A DNA stretch of 64,000 nt from a virus. Made by a program: the position numbers and the translations under genes. Each line of letters begins with the position of its first letter. The first letter of the stretch is position 1. Of this stretch, positions 17,827-27,136 are shown piece by piece. The stretch is from IMG/VR virus record IMGVR_UViG_3300025141_000026. The stretch is one strand, 5' to 3'. A model generated the notes under the pieces. It was not told the DNA's origin and searched no databases. It was given only the letters and a program-made list of their open reading frames with translations.

Positions 17827-18930
17827 TTATTCATCTTTTTCTTCATAGAAGTCTTCGGCTTTGCCTTGACGAGTATCAAACTTCATAACAATTTCTTCGT
17901 CCATAATCTGAAGGACACGAGTTTTGAACTTCTCGCTTTGAAGTTTTTCTTTCCACTTCGCAGCTTGGAATTTCTCAGTGGTTCCGTCTTCATAAACAAG
18001 TTGATACCAAGCACCTGATTGGACTATATTGTCAGACGACTTGATTGCTTCGAGCCAACTTTCTTCATCTTGAACTCCAATCTCATCTCCCCACAGAATC
18101 TTAAAGTTGCATTGACGACCCTGCGTTCCAAACCTGCTTTTCTCTAGCTTTACCTTGACCTCAGAGCCAATACGAAAGCCTTTATCATCAGTAATAAATG
18201 AAGCTTTTGCCTTGCGACCCGTCAACCAAACACGGAGTGAATAGGCATAAATCATAGCCTTTCCACCGGGAGTCATATATGGTGTTGTCAAAGCCTCAGA
18301 TGGGCTTCTGGTAATATTGGTCTTCAACTGGTTCAGGACCAAGAAAGTTGATTGACTATTAGCAATAGGAACAGTCAGTTTAGACATCCCCTTAGCCAAA
18401 ATACGTGCTTTTACTGCCATGGAAGAAAGCGGATTAAAGTCTCCTTCCACGTCGGATATAGCAGGTGTAAGAGCAAGAGAGTCCCAAATGAAAAGCATGC
18501 GATTTTCATTAGAGCCCAGAAGCTCCTCGATAGTTTCAAGTACAAACTCAACAGACTGAGCCTGAACATAAAGAATAGTATTGACATCACAACCTGCTCT
18601 TTCTAAAAAGGTGGGGTCGATGGCGGATTCCGAGTCGAAGTAAACCACGTCGATGCCCATCTTTTGGGCGTTGGCAGCAACCTGTGCTGCCATATATGAT
18701 TTACCAGTTGCCTCTAATCCGGCAATCTCTGTCACCTTCCCGACTGGAACACCAGCCAATCGACCCCGACAAACAATAGAGTCGAGCCAACGGGAGCCAG
18801 TAGGGATCCAATCCGTTACTTCTGTTGGGTTTTCTTTATTTAAGTTATGTGCAACCTGCACACCTGCTTTCTTATTGATAAGATTCCTCATGTCATCAAT
18901 AGAAAGTCTACCAGCTTTTTTAGCTCCCAT
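17827..18930 (-). CDS. recA: RecA/UvsX recombinase
   Basis: IPTGS, GLEATGKS, FDSE, WDS, LNQ, TPGG. Confidence 0.93.
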   Translation of the reverse strand: MGAKKAGRLSIDDMRNLINKKAGVQVAHNLNKENPTEVTDWIPTGSRWLDSIVCRGRLAGVPVGKVTEIAGLEATGKSYMAAQVAANAQKMGIDVVYFDSESAIDPTFLERAGCDVNTILYVQAQSVEFVLETIEELLGSNENRMLFIWDSLALTPAISDVEGDFNPLSSMAVKARILAKGMSKLTVPIANSQSTFLVLNQLKTNITRSPSEALTTPYMTPGGKAMIYAYSLRVWLTGRKAKASFITDDKGFRIGSEVKVKLEKSRFGTQGRQCNFKILWGDEIGVQDEESWLEAIKSSDNIVQSGAWYQLVYEDGTTEKFQAAKWKEKLQSEKFKTRVLQIMDEEIVMKFDTRQGKAEDFYEEKDE

Positions 18931-18943
18931 TTTTTCTCCTCAT

Positions 18944-18970
18944 AAAAGAAGGCGGGGTTTTACCCCCGCC
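18944..18970 (-). terminator. Intrinsic terminator after the SSB gene
   Basis: GGCGGGG-loop-CCCCGCC-TTCTTTT. Confidence 0.75.
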
Positions 18971-18977
18971 CTCAAAG

Positions 18978-19715
18978 TTAGCTCAAAAGCTCATTGAATG
19001 CTTCATCAACAGAAGAAGATTCGTCAGCTTTCTTGTACTGAGTTGTCTCAGTTCCTTCCTCATCGCCACCTTCCAAGAACGCATCCAGAAGAGTGCCAAT
19101 CTCCTCAGTTGTCTTTCGCTCAAACAAGTCATCAAACTCTGGGATATTATCCAAAAGCTCTGCACACTTCTCTGGACCATCATCGCAAAGGGGCGAAGAT
19201 CGACGGCGAGGTTGAAGCTTGGTTTGTGGGAATTGTGCTCCGGGTGGCTTACCGTAATTAAGGACAAGATCTGTGCCCTCTTCTGCATCGGTAATATCCC
19301 CGTACTCTGGGTTCAAGACAAGATTGATTAGCGATTCATACGCCATCTTGCCATAGCCCCAAACTCGCACACCGTCTGCCTCTTCTCCTCGAACCAAAAC
19401 TGGGGAGAAGAATCGTTGACGTGCGAAAAGAGTTTTTGCAGCCTTTTGAGCATCTTCAGTCCCTTGATTGTACAAGCTGCTAGCGTATTCGCAAACAGGA
19501 CATCCATCCCCAAAATTCTTCTTAGGGCACAAGAAACCGGGGTTCTTTCCCAGATTATAGTGAAAGAAATAATCCTTGAAAGGATCTCCATCTGCGGTTG
19601 GGACAATCCGAATGGATTGGTCGCCGTCTTGTGGACGCCAGAAGTTATTATTCCCGCCCCCCTTGCTTTCCAACGCTTGTTTGCGTTGCTTGATTTTATC
19701 TAAATTAATTCCCAT
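18978..19715 (-). CDS. Single-stranded DNA-binding protein (gp32-like)
   Basis: FWRP, IRIVP, H...CP...CPVC zinc site, DITD..EGTD, acidic tail. Start ATG 19715 after AAGGAG. Confidence 0.85.
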   Translation of the reverse strand: MGINLDKIKQRKQALESKGGGNNNFWRPQDGDQSIRIVPTADGDPFKDYFFHYNLGKNPGFLCPKKNFGDGCPVCEYASSLYNQGTEDAQKAAKTLFARQRFFSPVLVRGEEADGVRVWGYGKMAYESLINLVLNPEYGDITDAEEGTDLVLNYGKPPGAQFPQTKLQPRRRSSPLCDDGPEKCAELLDNIPEFDDLFERKTTEEIGTLLDAFLEGGDEEGTETTQYKKADESSSVDEAFNELLS

Positions 19716-19772
19716 TATTTTTATCTCCTTTGTTATAGTATGCTCGGCAAATATCCCTCGCATCTGTTTTAT

Positions 19773-19801
19773 AATGTATCATACCTAGTCGAGACTGTCA
19801 A
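19773..19801 (-). promoter_or_regulatory. Sigma70-type promoter with extended -10
   Basis: TTGACA-N17-TACATT with TGn directly upstream of the -10. Confidence 0.7.
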
Positions 19802-20045
19802 CACGAAAATTGGTAATTTGTGTAACATCGCCTTTTACTGTGTTCCAGTTAAAGACCCTGAATTCTTTCTTGTCCAAGTCCCAAACCAGTTCGTTGCCCT
19901 CAGAGAGTTTTCTCTGTTTGCCCCCTTTGGTTTTTAAAGTCATGAACTCCTCTGGTAAGTCCGAGATCTTTACAAAGCGCATCGATCTTTCTTCACCAGT
20001 TTTTTTCTCAAAAGTGCCAACATAGGCATTAATTGTTTTCAACAT
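19785..20045 (-). CDS. Small SH3/WYL-like beta-barrel phage protein
   Basis: FEKKTGEERSM...VWDLDKKEFRVF pattern; GGAGG RBS. Confidence 0.6.
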   Translation of the reverse strand: MLKTINAYVGTFEKKTGEERSMRFVKISDLPEEFMTLKTKGGKQRKLSEGNELVWDLDKKEFRVFNWNTVKGDVTQITNFRVDSLD

Positions 20046-20901
20046 TGTTTTCCTCCAAAACTAAACCTTGAATCATAGAACTTCTAGCAACGACATAGCA
20101 GTAATTTGAACTGTAGTTTGTAGAATAGATGCCATAAGTAACTCTTGTGCCATCACTTTCTACCTTATCTTTCATTTGTACTGTAATGCCCTTGTATAAT
20201 TCTTTGTTGCTTTTCAACTCTTCATGGTTGATGGCATAATAATAGCTCTTTTCTCTAGGGTTTGTCAATGGGAAAAATAACTTTTCTTCTCCATTCTCTA
20301 TGTTCATCATACCAATAGTAATAATTCTAGATACTTCGAGGGGGGCAGAGATTGTACCAATTTCTGGCTCTGTGTGGTCAAAAACATTAACCATGTGAAT
20401 TGTTGACGCGATCATTTTATTTAGTTCATCATAATACCCAATAACTGGTGCTCCTCCAATCGTTTCATCCAATCTGTGGTTATCTATGAGCACTATTCTC
20501 TCAAATTTGCCGGATCTCGCATATTCCTGTAGAACATTATATACTAATCTTTCCCTAAGTCTCCCCAGTTCACTCAAAAGAGAGATATCTGGTTTAACAT
20601 ACAAAACGTGCAACTTGGCATGACTTATTTGCTGAAGGATAGCCAATGATGCACCGCTAATTTCACCAGATCCGCCGATGACAAAAAGAACCTCGTCCAT
20701 TCCTTTAATATGAGAAAAAAAATTGGACATGTTTGGTACCGCTTTTTCGTACTCTTCGTGAGAATCGCATTTTTTAATTCTAAAGTGTTCATCCCCCGAT
20801 GGCTCTACACAATCAATCGTTCTTACCGTGTATTCTGGGTATTTTTGAAAGCTTTTGGCGATATTGCAGCCTGCACTTCCCAATCCGACTATATTCTGCA
20901 T
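20029..20901 (-). CDS. Tubulin/FtsZ-superfamily protein (divergent)
   Basis: IVGLGSAGCNIA (T1 loop), GGSGEISGA (degenerate T4 loop), LIDN. Confidence 0.75.
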   Translation of the reverse strand: MQNIVGLGSAGCNIAKSFQKYPEYTVRTIDCVEPSGDEHFRIKKCDSHEEYEKAVPNMSNFFSHIKGMDEVLFVIGGSGEISGASLAILQQISHAKLHVLYVKPDISLLSELGRLRERLVYNVLQEYARSGKFERIVLIDNHRLDETIGGAPVIGYYDELNKMIASTIHMVNVFDHTEPEIGTISAPLEVSRIITIGMMNIENGEEKLFFPLTNPREKSYYYAINHEELKSNKELYKGITVQMKDKVESDGTRVTYGIYSTNYSSNYCYVVARSSMIQGLVLEENNVENN

Positions 20902-22070
20902 ATTTCTTTCATTTCTCCATAATTCTTTCCTGCTTTCATATTTACCAAAAATTTAGAAAAATCAGTTTTGGCAAAAGCGGATGCGATTTCCGGTACAAGG
21001 TGTTTTTCGCTCTTGTCTAGATCGATCACCACACTATCATGGATCAAAAAAGAAATAAATGATTTTTTTGATTCTAATAGCTTTGCCAACTCCAAAATTC
21101 TCCGTAAAAATAAATCAGAAGTTGTGCTTTGTATTATGTAGTTCAAAGCATGTTTTGCGTCAGCCCTGATTTCTCTTCCAAAAGGATTTATAATTTTGTC
21201 GCCATCCCAGTGCTCTTTTAATACAAAACTACGATTATAAAATTGCTCAAGATCTTTATCTTCTGCGGCTGGGTTGTAAAGCCAAGAAAATACTCTCTTT
21301 TTTGCAACCTCTCGGTCGGTAATTTGGGGAAAAACGTTAGTTATGTTCCAATCATGAATATCTTGTTGTGGCTGGTTTTCTCCAGACATGTGAAGAAGGG
21401 TTCTCAACTCGGCAGCATTATAATCCAATTCAACAAAAATATCATTTTGCGGGGTCAATATTTGCCTATAATTCTTGTCCATTGTTAGAATGGGGAAACT
21501 ACCCTTTTTGGTGGTCAGCCGACCAGTTTTTGTACCAAATAAGTTATACCTAATATAAGGTCTAAGTCTTTTAACTTTATTATAGAACTGGTTGGTGCGG
21601 AAATCGTGCCTTTTTCCCCGCAAGGGCGTCAAATCTAAATTGACACGACGTGATTCGATATCAACAAGAACCTTTTGTAACTCATAAAGAAATTGATAGT
21701 TATCAGGCTTTGGGTAGTTGTCAAAGACGTATTGCGTAATTTCATTTTTTATCTGCAAGTAGTCCAGCAGAATTTTTTCAGGGAGAAAATTGTAAAATTT
21801 TCCACCTGTGATGTCTATCCTGCTCTCAATGCATGCGCGGCAATGGCTTTTTATTTTCTCTTTTGCAACTTCCCACCGATCAACAAGATGGTCTGGGCAT
21901 GCCTCGTCAATTGTCAAACCTCCGCACCTAAACTGGGCATAATCTATTTCACTGTTTTTTAGTTGTGTTGTGTAGGACCATGTTCTAGTGAGATTTTTCT
22001 TGTTTTCTTGAAGCTTGCCTTCGGCAAAAATCATATTTTTATTTTCAACTGTAATCGTTTGAAATAACAT
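20889..22070 (-). CDS. Family A DNA polymerase, polymerase domain only
   Basis: TKTGRL, motif A ELDYNAAELR, motif B REVAK...WLY, ALNYIIQSTTSD, motif C IHDS; only 393 aa. Confidence 0.85.
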   Translation of the reverse strand: MLFQTITVENKNMIFAEGKLQENKKNLTRTWSYTTQLKNSEIDYAQFRCGGLTIDEACPDHLVDRWEVAKEKIKSHCRACIESRIDITGGKFYNFLPEKILLDYLQIKNEITQYVFDNYPKPDNYQFLYELQKVLVDIESRRVNLDLTPLRGKRHDFRTNQFYNKVKRLRPYIRYNLFGTKTGRLTTKKGSFPILTMDKNYRQILTPQNDIFVELDYNAAELRTLLHMSGENQPQQDIHDWNITNVFPQITDREVAKKRVFSWLYNPAAEDKDLEQFYNRSFVLKEHWDGDKIINPFGREIRADAKHALNYIIQSTTSDLFLRRILELAKLLESKKSFISFLIHDSVVIDLDKSEKHLVPEIASAFAKTDFSKFLVNMKAGKNYGEMKEICRI

Positions 22071-23472
22071 TATTTCTTCTTGGTTGTGTCGTTGTTATGT
22101 TGGTTGCCTGTTCTCTTTCTACAATTTTATTGCTTTCCGCTTCTATTGGTGTACCTCTTGAGTTCAGTAATCTTTTTGCATTTGTATTATTACCTTTAAC
22201 ATACTCAGTACCAATCGTCAAGTTTATTTTTACGTGATCAGTTATTTTTCTGTTTAGATAAGCCAATCCAAAAGAAATTCCTAAGCTCTCTTTTCTGTTC
22301 AAGGCTTCTTGAACAATGTTGGCTTTATCTTTTATGAGCCCTTGGGCATTTGTTTCATAACATTTTATTGTAAAATAAAAATCTATTATATCGTCTAGAC
22401 CATAAGTGCTAAATATTCTTTTTAGATTAACTTTTCTGCGTCTCTTATTCCTTGTAAATGTCTTCATGACTTCTTTTGTTGTGCCCACATCTCCCTTGCT
22501 GTAAGCATGGTGCGCCCTACTGTTGAAAGGTCTTGATTCTATGTAATTGTTGTAAAAACTAACTAAATTTTTCAACATGATTTCGATATCTGCGGTATAG
22601 GCTTCTGCATAATACTTTTTTATAAAATTGTCCTTGTTCATGGTCACATCATATCTAGACATGTATTCTCTCATTTTTGGAGAACTAACATCAGCTACCA
22701 AGCGCCATGGAATATTTCTATCTACCATAAAGCCATGATTTTTAGCTGAATTTCTGAAGAATGAGTACGAATCTTTAGACAAAAAATCTTTAATTTTTTT
22801 ACTGTCGTCTGAAAACCCTTCCGACTGTAAATCTATCAACAAGCCACACGTATTCTGTGGGCATCTTTTTGATCCCAAAAAGCCAGAAAATGTAAAAGGC
22901 AAGTCTTGCCCAGAATTCCTTATGAATTTATTAAAATGTTTCATAAAATCTGAAAACCCGTTTATTTTGCCGTGCAAATCGTTTCCTTCTAAATAAGACA
23001 AGATAAAAACCTCAAATAATTTATTTATGTATGTTTGATGTAGGGCATCTGGGCTAACATAGGCTTGGTTTACGGGTAGCTTGAATAGTTCAAAAGTTGG
23101 GCTTATATTGCTTGAAACCAAACCTTGTGCAAAGTGTTTTTGGAGATCTCTAAAGGCATCAGCAACAAAATTTACCATCAGTATTGTATTATTACTATTT
23201 TTTATTGGCACCTGCTTAATATTTTTTTCTAATAGATATATGGAATTCCCTCCCAGATCATACTTTCCAAAATAAGGTTTATCATACCACAAATCTATAG
23301 GCGGCTGCTGTGGGTATTCTAAAATTCCTTCACTGTGCACACCATAATCGGGATCGACAACCTCCATAGCTTTGTAAGCCTCGCGAAATTTATAGATTGA
23401 AAACGAATCCATCCCATTTCGTCCTCTCGGCTTGGTGGTTTTACTTTTTGTTGGTTTTCTACTTTTTCCCAT
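22045..23472 (-). CDS. Hypothetical protein at the baseplate/replication boundary
   Basis: 475-aa ORF with no recognised motif. Confidence 0.65.
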   Translation of the reverse strand: MGKSRKPTKSKTTKPRGRNGMDSFSIYKFREAYKAMEVVDPDYGVHSEGILEYPQQPPIDLWYDKPYFGKYDLGGNSIYLLEKNIKQVPIKNSNNTILMVNFVADAFRDLQKHFAQGLVSSNISPTFELFKLPVNQAYVSPDALHQTYINKLFEVFILSYLEGNDLHGKINGFSDFMKHFNKFIRNSGQDLPFTFSGFLGSKRCPQNTCGLLIDLQSEGFSDDSKKIKDFLSKDSYSFFRNSAKNHGFMVDRNIPWRLVADVSSPKMREYMSRYDVTMNKDNFIKKYYAEAYTADIEIMLKNLVSFYNNYIESRPFNSRAHHAYSKGDVGTTKEVMKTFTRNKRRRKVNLKRIFSTYGLDDIIDFYFTIKCYETNAQGLIKDKANIVQEALNRKESLGISFGLAYLNRKITDHVKINLTIGTEYVKGNNTNAKRLLNSRGTPIEAESNKIVEREQATNITTTQPRRNNVISNDYS

Positions 23473-23517
23473 TAAAAATTCCTCTTATATAAGAGCGCTA
23501 AACTTATCTGGTCCCAT

Positions 23518-25971
23518 CTATGTCGGCACATCATCAACATTTTTTTCTGCGGGGTTGCTCGCCCCTTTTTCTCCATCGCCAGTTCCTGCAAAGCCTCCCT
23601 TGGACGGGGAAGAGGACGCAATAGGCTGAATACCTGCTTTCTTACTCTGTGCAGGTGATTCAAAAATTGCCTCTATTTCTGTGTTGAACCCATCCCTGCT
23701 CAATTCTCCACTAACTTTTACAATGGTGTAATAGCCACCGAGACCAAGTGCGCCCGTTACTTTTTTCCCTATTAGTGGGTCTGAGGCTCCTAAAGTTGGA
23801 TTTATGTAAATAGTTTGCCCCGGTCGAAATAAGGAGTTTCCGACCATTGTAACATTGACCTTGTAATTCTCTCTCAAGTGTCTAAGATCGCATTTCACCG
23901 CTTTTGCACGAGAGGCTCTTAAATTGGGATCATCTATTCTACTGAATGTTATTTTCTTCACTAGCCCTCGATCAGATCCGAACTGTAAATGGTATATTCC
24001 CTTCTTGTGATCTGCTGCTCTATCTCCAGATAGATTAGACATTCCAAATGTATAACAATAGACATATACATACTGATCTATTTTGTTGGCGTCCTTGTAA
24101 TGCACTGGGCTTGGAGTGCTAATTTGTTCGGCACTTGTTCTTGCTCCGGCTTGCACAATTGAATTTCCTGCCAAGCTTGCCAAGGGAATATCGGCTACAG
24201 ACACATTTGGCTCAGGAGAAGGAATTCCAGTTCCGGGGAAGCAATTTTCTCCGAGTGCAGCGTGTATCAAATCCTTTATTGTGTCTCTAATAAAGTCTTG
24301 CAACAGATATTCTTGTCTTGCTTGAGCCACCACATTCTTATTAAACCATTCGATAAATTTATTCAATGATATTGGAATATCTGCTAAGTTTGTAATCGTT
24401 TGCTGTCCTGATTTTGGATCACTATAAGCAATTGGACCAATCATTGGTACAACGTTTGATGCTTGTGGGTTTTTTTTCAAAACTTTGAAGGCTATGTTGA
24501 GCAAGTCTCCATAATAAATAAAATTGATTCTTACGTCGCCGGGATCCTTTGGTTTTGTTGAGGAATTCGCAGCAACAAGATCGGCAACTGCCTCCTGCAC
24601 ATCTCCCAGTTCTGTTTCTTCAAAAATGTCTGCTGGGTCATTCCATCCATCAGTCTTCAAATCATCAACATCTGCCTGCTGGGGGTCGGGAAGTGTAGGT
24701 CCTTTACTCTTTTTAGCTTCGTCCTTTTCGCCGCCATCACCAAAGAGTTCACTAATGTAGTCAACTGCGCCACCAACAGTATCAGATACCGCTTCCGTGG
24801 CGCTATCAAGAAGACCCGGATCTGGTAACGGTTCGCCTGTAATTTCTGACAAGTGTTGTTCCACTTGATTTTCGTCTAATTCTATAAATAAAACTTTTCC
24901 AGAATTATAAAGCTCGTTCAGGAACCTCTGATATGCGAAAACTCTATCGTTTTCACCCTTTTCTTTTTCGTTCTCTTGAGCTTCCTCTAGCTCTTCTTGC
25001 AACGTTTCTATTTTTGTATCTATTGAATCAATATCTGCTTGAGCCAGTGTGTTGTCTTTTTCAGCTTTTGCTTGATCCAATTGATCCTTTATTGATTTGC
25101 TATCTTTTTCTTTTTCGTTTATGTAGGGATCTCTCTCTTCATTGATAAAAAGAATGTCTGACTCTGGTCTAGACATCATGGAATCTGCAAATCCTTGATA
25201 TCGACATTTCAACTCGACTGTGCCGTCTTGTTTGAAATCTAGCTCATGCTTTGTTAGATTTAGCAATAGTGTGGTTGCAGAGTTTTCAATAATCTCCTTT
25301 AAGTTTTGGTCTATAAGGTCTGTATTTGGCGTGGCGTATCCGTAAACAAGCTTGATAGCAAATTTTCCTGCATCAAAGACGTCAGTAAAATCAATGGGCG
25401 ATCCCTCGGCGCATGCTGGTGATGGCACATCTGAGGTTGCGGGTGGATAGCTAACCAAATCTATAAGCGCAGGACCATCACCTTCTCTTTGAATTAGCAT
25501 TTCTAGATTTTGAAAAATAAAAGATATGTCTACGGCAGTGACGCCCTTTTTCACTAAAGCTGCCCCACCAGTTGTAGATCCGCCTTGCAAATCATATGAA
25601 ACGCTTTTTATTCCAATTCCATCGCCTCTGCCATATTTTGTGCTTGTTATTGATTCTATTGCTTGGTTTGTCAGCACAGTATTGAATTTTATTTCTTGAG
25701 TGCTTGTAGAATCTCCATATGTTGTCTTAAACAACTTTATCATTGGAACTAACGCTGAATTTTCAACTGGTCTTAACTCAAAAAGCCTATCTAAATTGGG
25801 TCTTGAAACGAGCTTATTTATTACATCACTTGGCTCACCTGTGATAACCGACAGATTTTCATAAGTTTGGGTGGAATTATTAGACGCAAAAGAACTCAAG
25901 TTCCAAAGTAGGTAACATTGTTCCTTAAATCTAACTTCTCCAGATGTTTTATCTTTTTTTTCGCTAGTCAT
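23518..25971 (-). CDS. Putative baseplate hub protein (gp27 / gpD-like)
   Basis: C-terminal VTMVGNSLFRPGQTIYI...GYYTIVKV...FNTEIEA; position after tape measure and LysM genes. Confidence 0.6.
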   Translation of the reverse strand: MTSEKKDKTSGEVRFKEQCYLLWNLSSFASNNSTQTYENLSVITGEPSDVINKLVSRPNLDRLFELRPVENSALVPMIKLFKTTYGDSTSTQEIKFNTVLTNQAIESITSTKYGRGDGIGIKSVSYDLQGGSTTGGAALVKKGVTAVDISFIFQNLEMLIQREGDGPALIDLVSYPPATSDVPSPACAEGSPIDFTDVFDAGKFAIKLVYGYATPNTDLIDQNLKEIIENSATTLLLNLTKHELDFKQDGTVELKCRYQGFADSMMSRPESDILFINEERDPYINEKEKDSKSIKDQLDQAKAEKDNTLAQADIDSIDTKIETLQEELEEAQENEKEKGENDRVFAYQRFLNELYNSGKVLFIELDENQVEQHLSEITGEPLPDPGLLDSATEAVSDTVGGAVDYISELFGDGGEKDEAKKSKGPTLPDPQQADVDDLKTDGWNDPADIFEETELGDVQEAVADLVAANSSTKPKDPGDVRINFIYYGDLLNIAFKVLKKNPQASNVVPMIGPIAYSDPKSGQQTITNLADIPISLNKFIEWFNKNVVAQARQEYLLQDFIRDTIKDLIHAALGENCFPGTGIPSPEPNVSVADIPLASLAGNSIVQAGARTSAEQISTPSPVHYKDANKIDQYVYVYCYTFGMSNLSGDRAADHKKGIYHLQFGSDRGLVKKITFSRIDDPNLRASRAKAVKCDLRHLRENYKVNVTMVGNSLFRPGQTIYINPTLGASDPLIGKKVTGALGLGGYYTIVKVSGELSRDGFNTEIEAIFESPAQSKKAGIQPIASSSPSKGGFAGTGDGEKGASNPAEKNVDDVPT

Positions 25972-25985
25972 TTTTAGTCTCTCTA

Positions 25986-26324
25986 TTATACATCAAAAAA
26001 GTTTAATAATTTATCTAAAGGTGTCGGTATAAAAATAACATCACCATAGTTTACGTGTGATTCAGTTGGCTTTTTATTGAACCAAGCAATAATCCACCAA
26101 TATTTCGAGCTTCCATAATATTCAAAAGAGAGTTTATAGTATCTGTCGCCGGTTTTCCAAACATGAGAAAGAACATTCAGTTGCCTTATTTGATCTGGTG
26201 TTGGGTACTTCATTTCCGCTATCTTGTATTGGCGAATTTGATTTACATTTCTATCTTTAAAATGTTTTTTATAAAGTTTATTTTTATTTCTTGCTATTTC
26301 TCTATTATTGTATCTAGTACCCAT
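25986..26324 (-). CDS. LysM-type baseplate wedge protein (gp53 / tail X-like)
   Basis: GDRYYKLSFEYYGSSKYWWIIAWFN...GDVIFIP. Confidence 0.8.
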   Translation of the reverse strand: MGTRYNNREIARNKNKLYKKHFKDRNVNQIRQYKIAEMKYPTPDQIRQLNVLSHVWKTGDRYYKLSFEYYGSSKYWWIIAWFNKKPTESHVNYGDVIFIPTPLDKLLNFFDV

Positions 26325-26344
26325 TTTTATACCTCTTTCTCACT

Positions 26345-27124
26345 TTATAAATTATCAGGATCCTCATAAGACATCCCCGATCCTCCGCCCATTTGATTTC
26401 CACCTAGAAGCATGTCCTCAAGTGATTGTTGAATATTCTCATAAAACGTACCCCCTTGATTGAGCGTGTCGGCGGTATCGTCGGGATCAATTGACATATT
26501 CAACTCTCCATCTTCGGGATTATTCAAACTAATATCTTCTGCTGTTTCCGTGTATGGATATCTTCTATTTCCAACCCACCCATCAGGATTCCAACCAATT
26601 TGATCCGTGTGTAAAACTGTCATTTGTAGCTCCAAGTCAAATTGTTTTGGAAGCAATTTTGAGTTATCTTCTATAACACCTGCTTCGAGATTTGGACTAA
26701 AGGATACGCCTTCCATAGCTACTACTAAACCTGCCTCATTTACAGACCCTTGTGTTCCCCCCGACGTGACCCAGTTTGCAAATTTTATTTTATGCAGCGG
26801 GGCTGTGGAAATGCTAGTTGCACTGCCTGCCACTTGGTATCCGGGGTATTGGCTAGCCATTAGCTGAGAGAGGCTTTGGAAATTTTGTTGTGCTTGCTGG
26901 GCGTCTGATGCTGGGATTTCTAGGGTCATTGATATTTTCCTTGTTGTGCCTTGAAATGTCATTATCGGGTCTATTCTACCATAAACTTCCTCTGCGCTAA
27001 ATTTGGTTGCTAGTGAATCTTTAAAATTAGATATAATCGCCTTGAATTTTACAGATACAGTGTTGTGTAATCCTTTTATGTGAACATAATAGTCTCCACT
27101 ATTTGCATAGGCTTCTGCGCTCAT
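26345..27124 (-). CDS. Putative tail tube initiator / baseplate protein
   Basis: YGRIDPIMTFQGTTRKISM motif; directly downstream of tape measure. Confidence 0.6.
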   Translation of the reverse strand: MSAEAYANSGDYYVHIKGLHNTVSVKFKAIISNFKDSLATKFSAEEVYGRIDPIMTFQGTTRKISMTLEIPASDAQQAQQNFQSLSQLMASQYPGYQVAGSATSISTAPLHKIKFANWVTSGGTQGSVNEAGLVVAMEGVSFSPNLEAGVIEDNSKLLPKQFDLELQMTVLHTDQIGWNPDGWVGNRRYPYTETAEDISLNNPEDGELNMSIDPDDTADTLNQGGTFYENIQQSLEDMLLGGNQMGGGSGMSYEDPDNL

Positions 27125-27136
27125 CTATTCCATCTC

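Noticed and set aside
4473-23472. Interpretation as a bacterial chromosome segment or prophage flank
   Set aside because: The host-like genes are divergent, densely packed on one strand with gp32-like SSB, and continuous with the virion module. No integrase or att site was seen.
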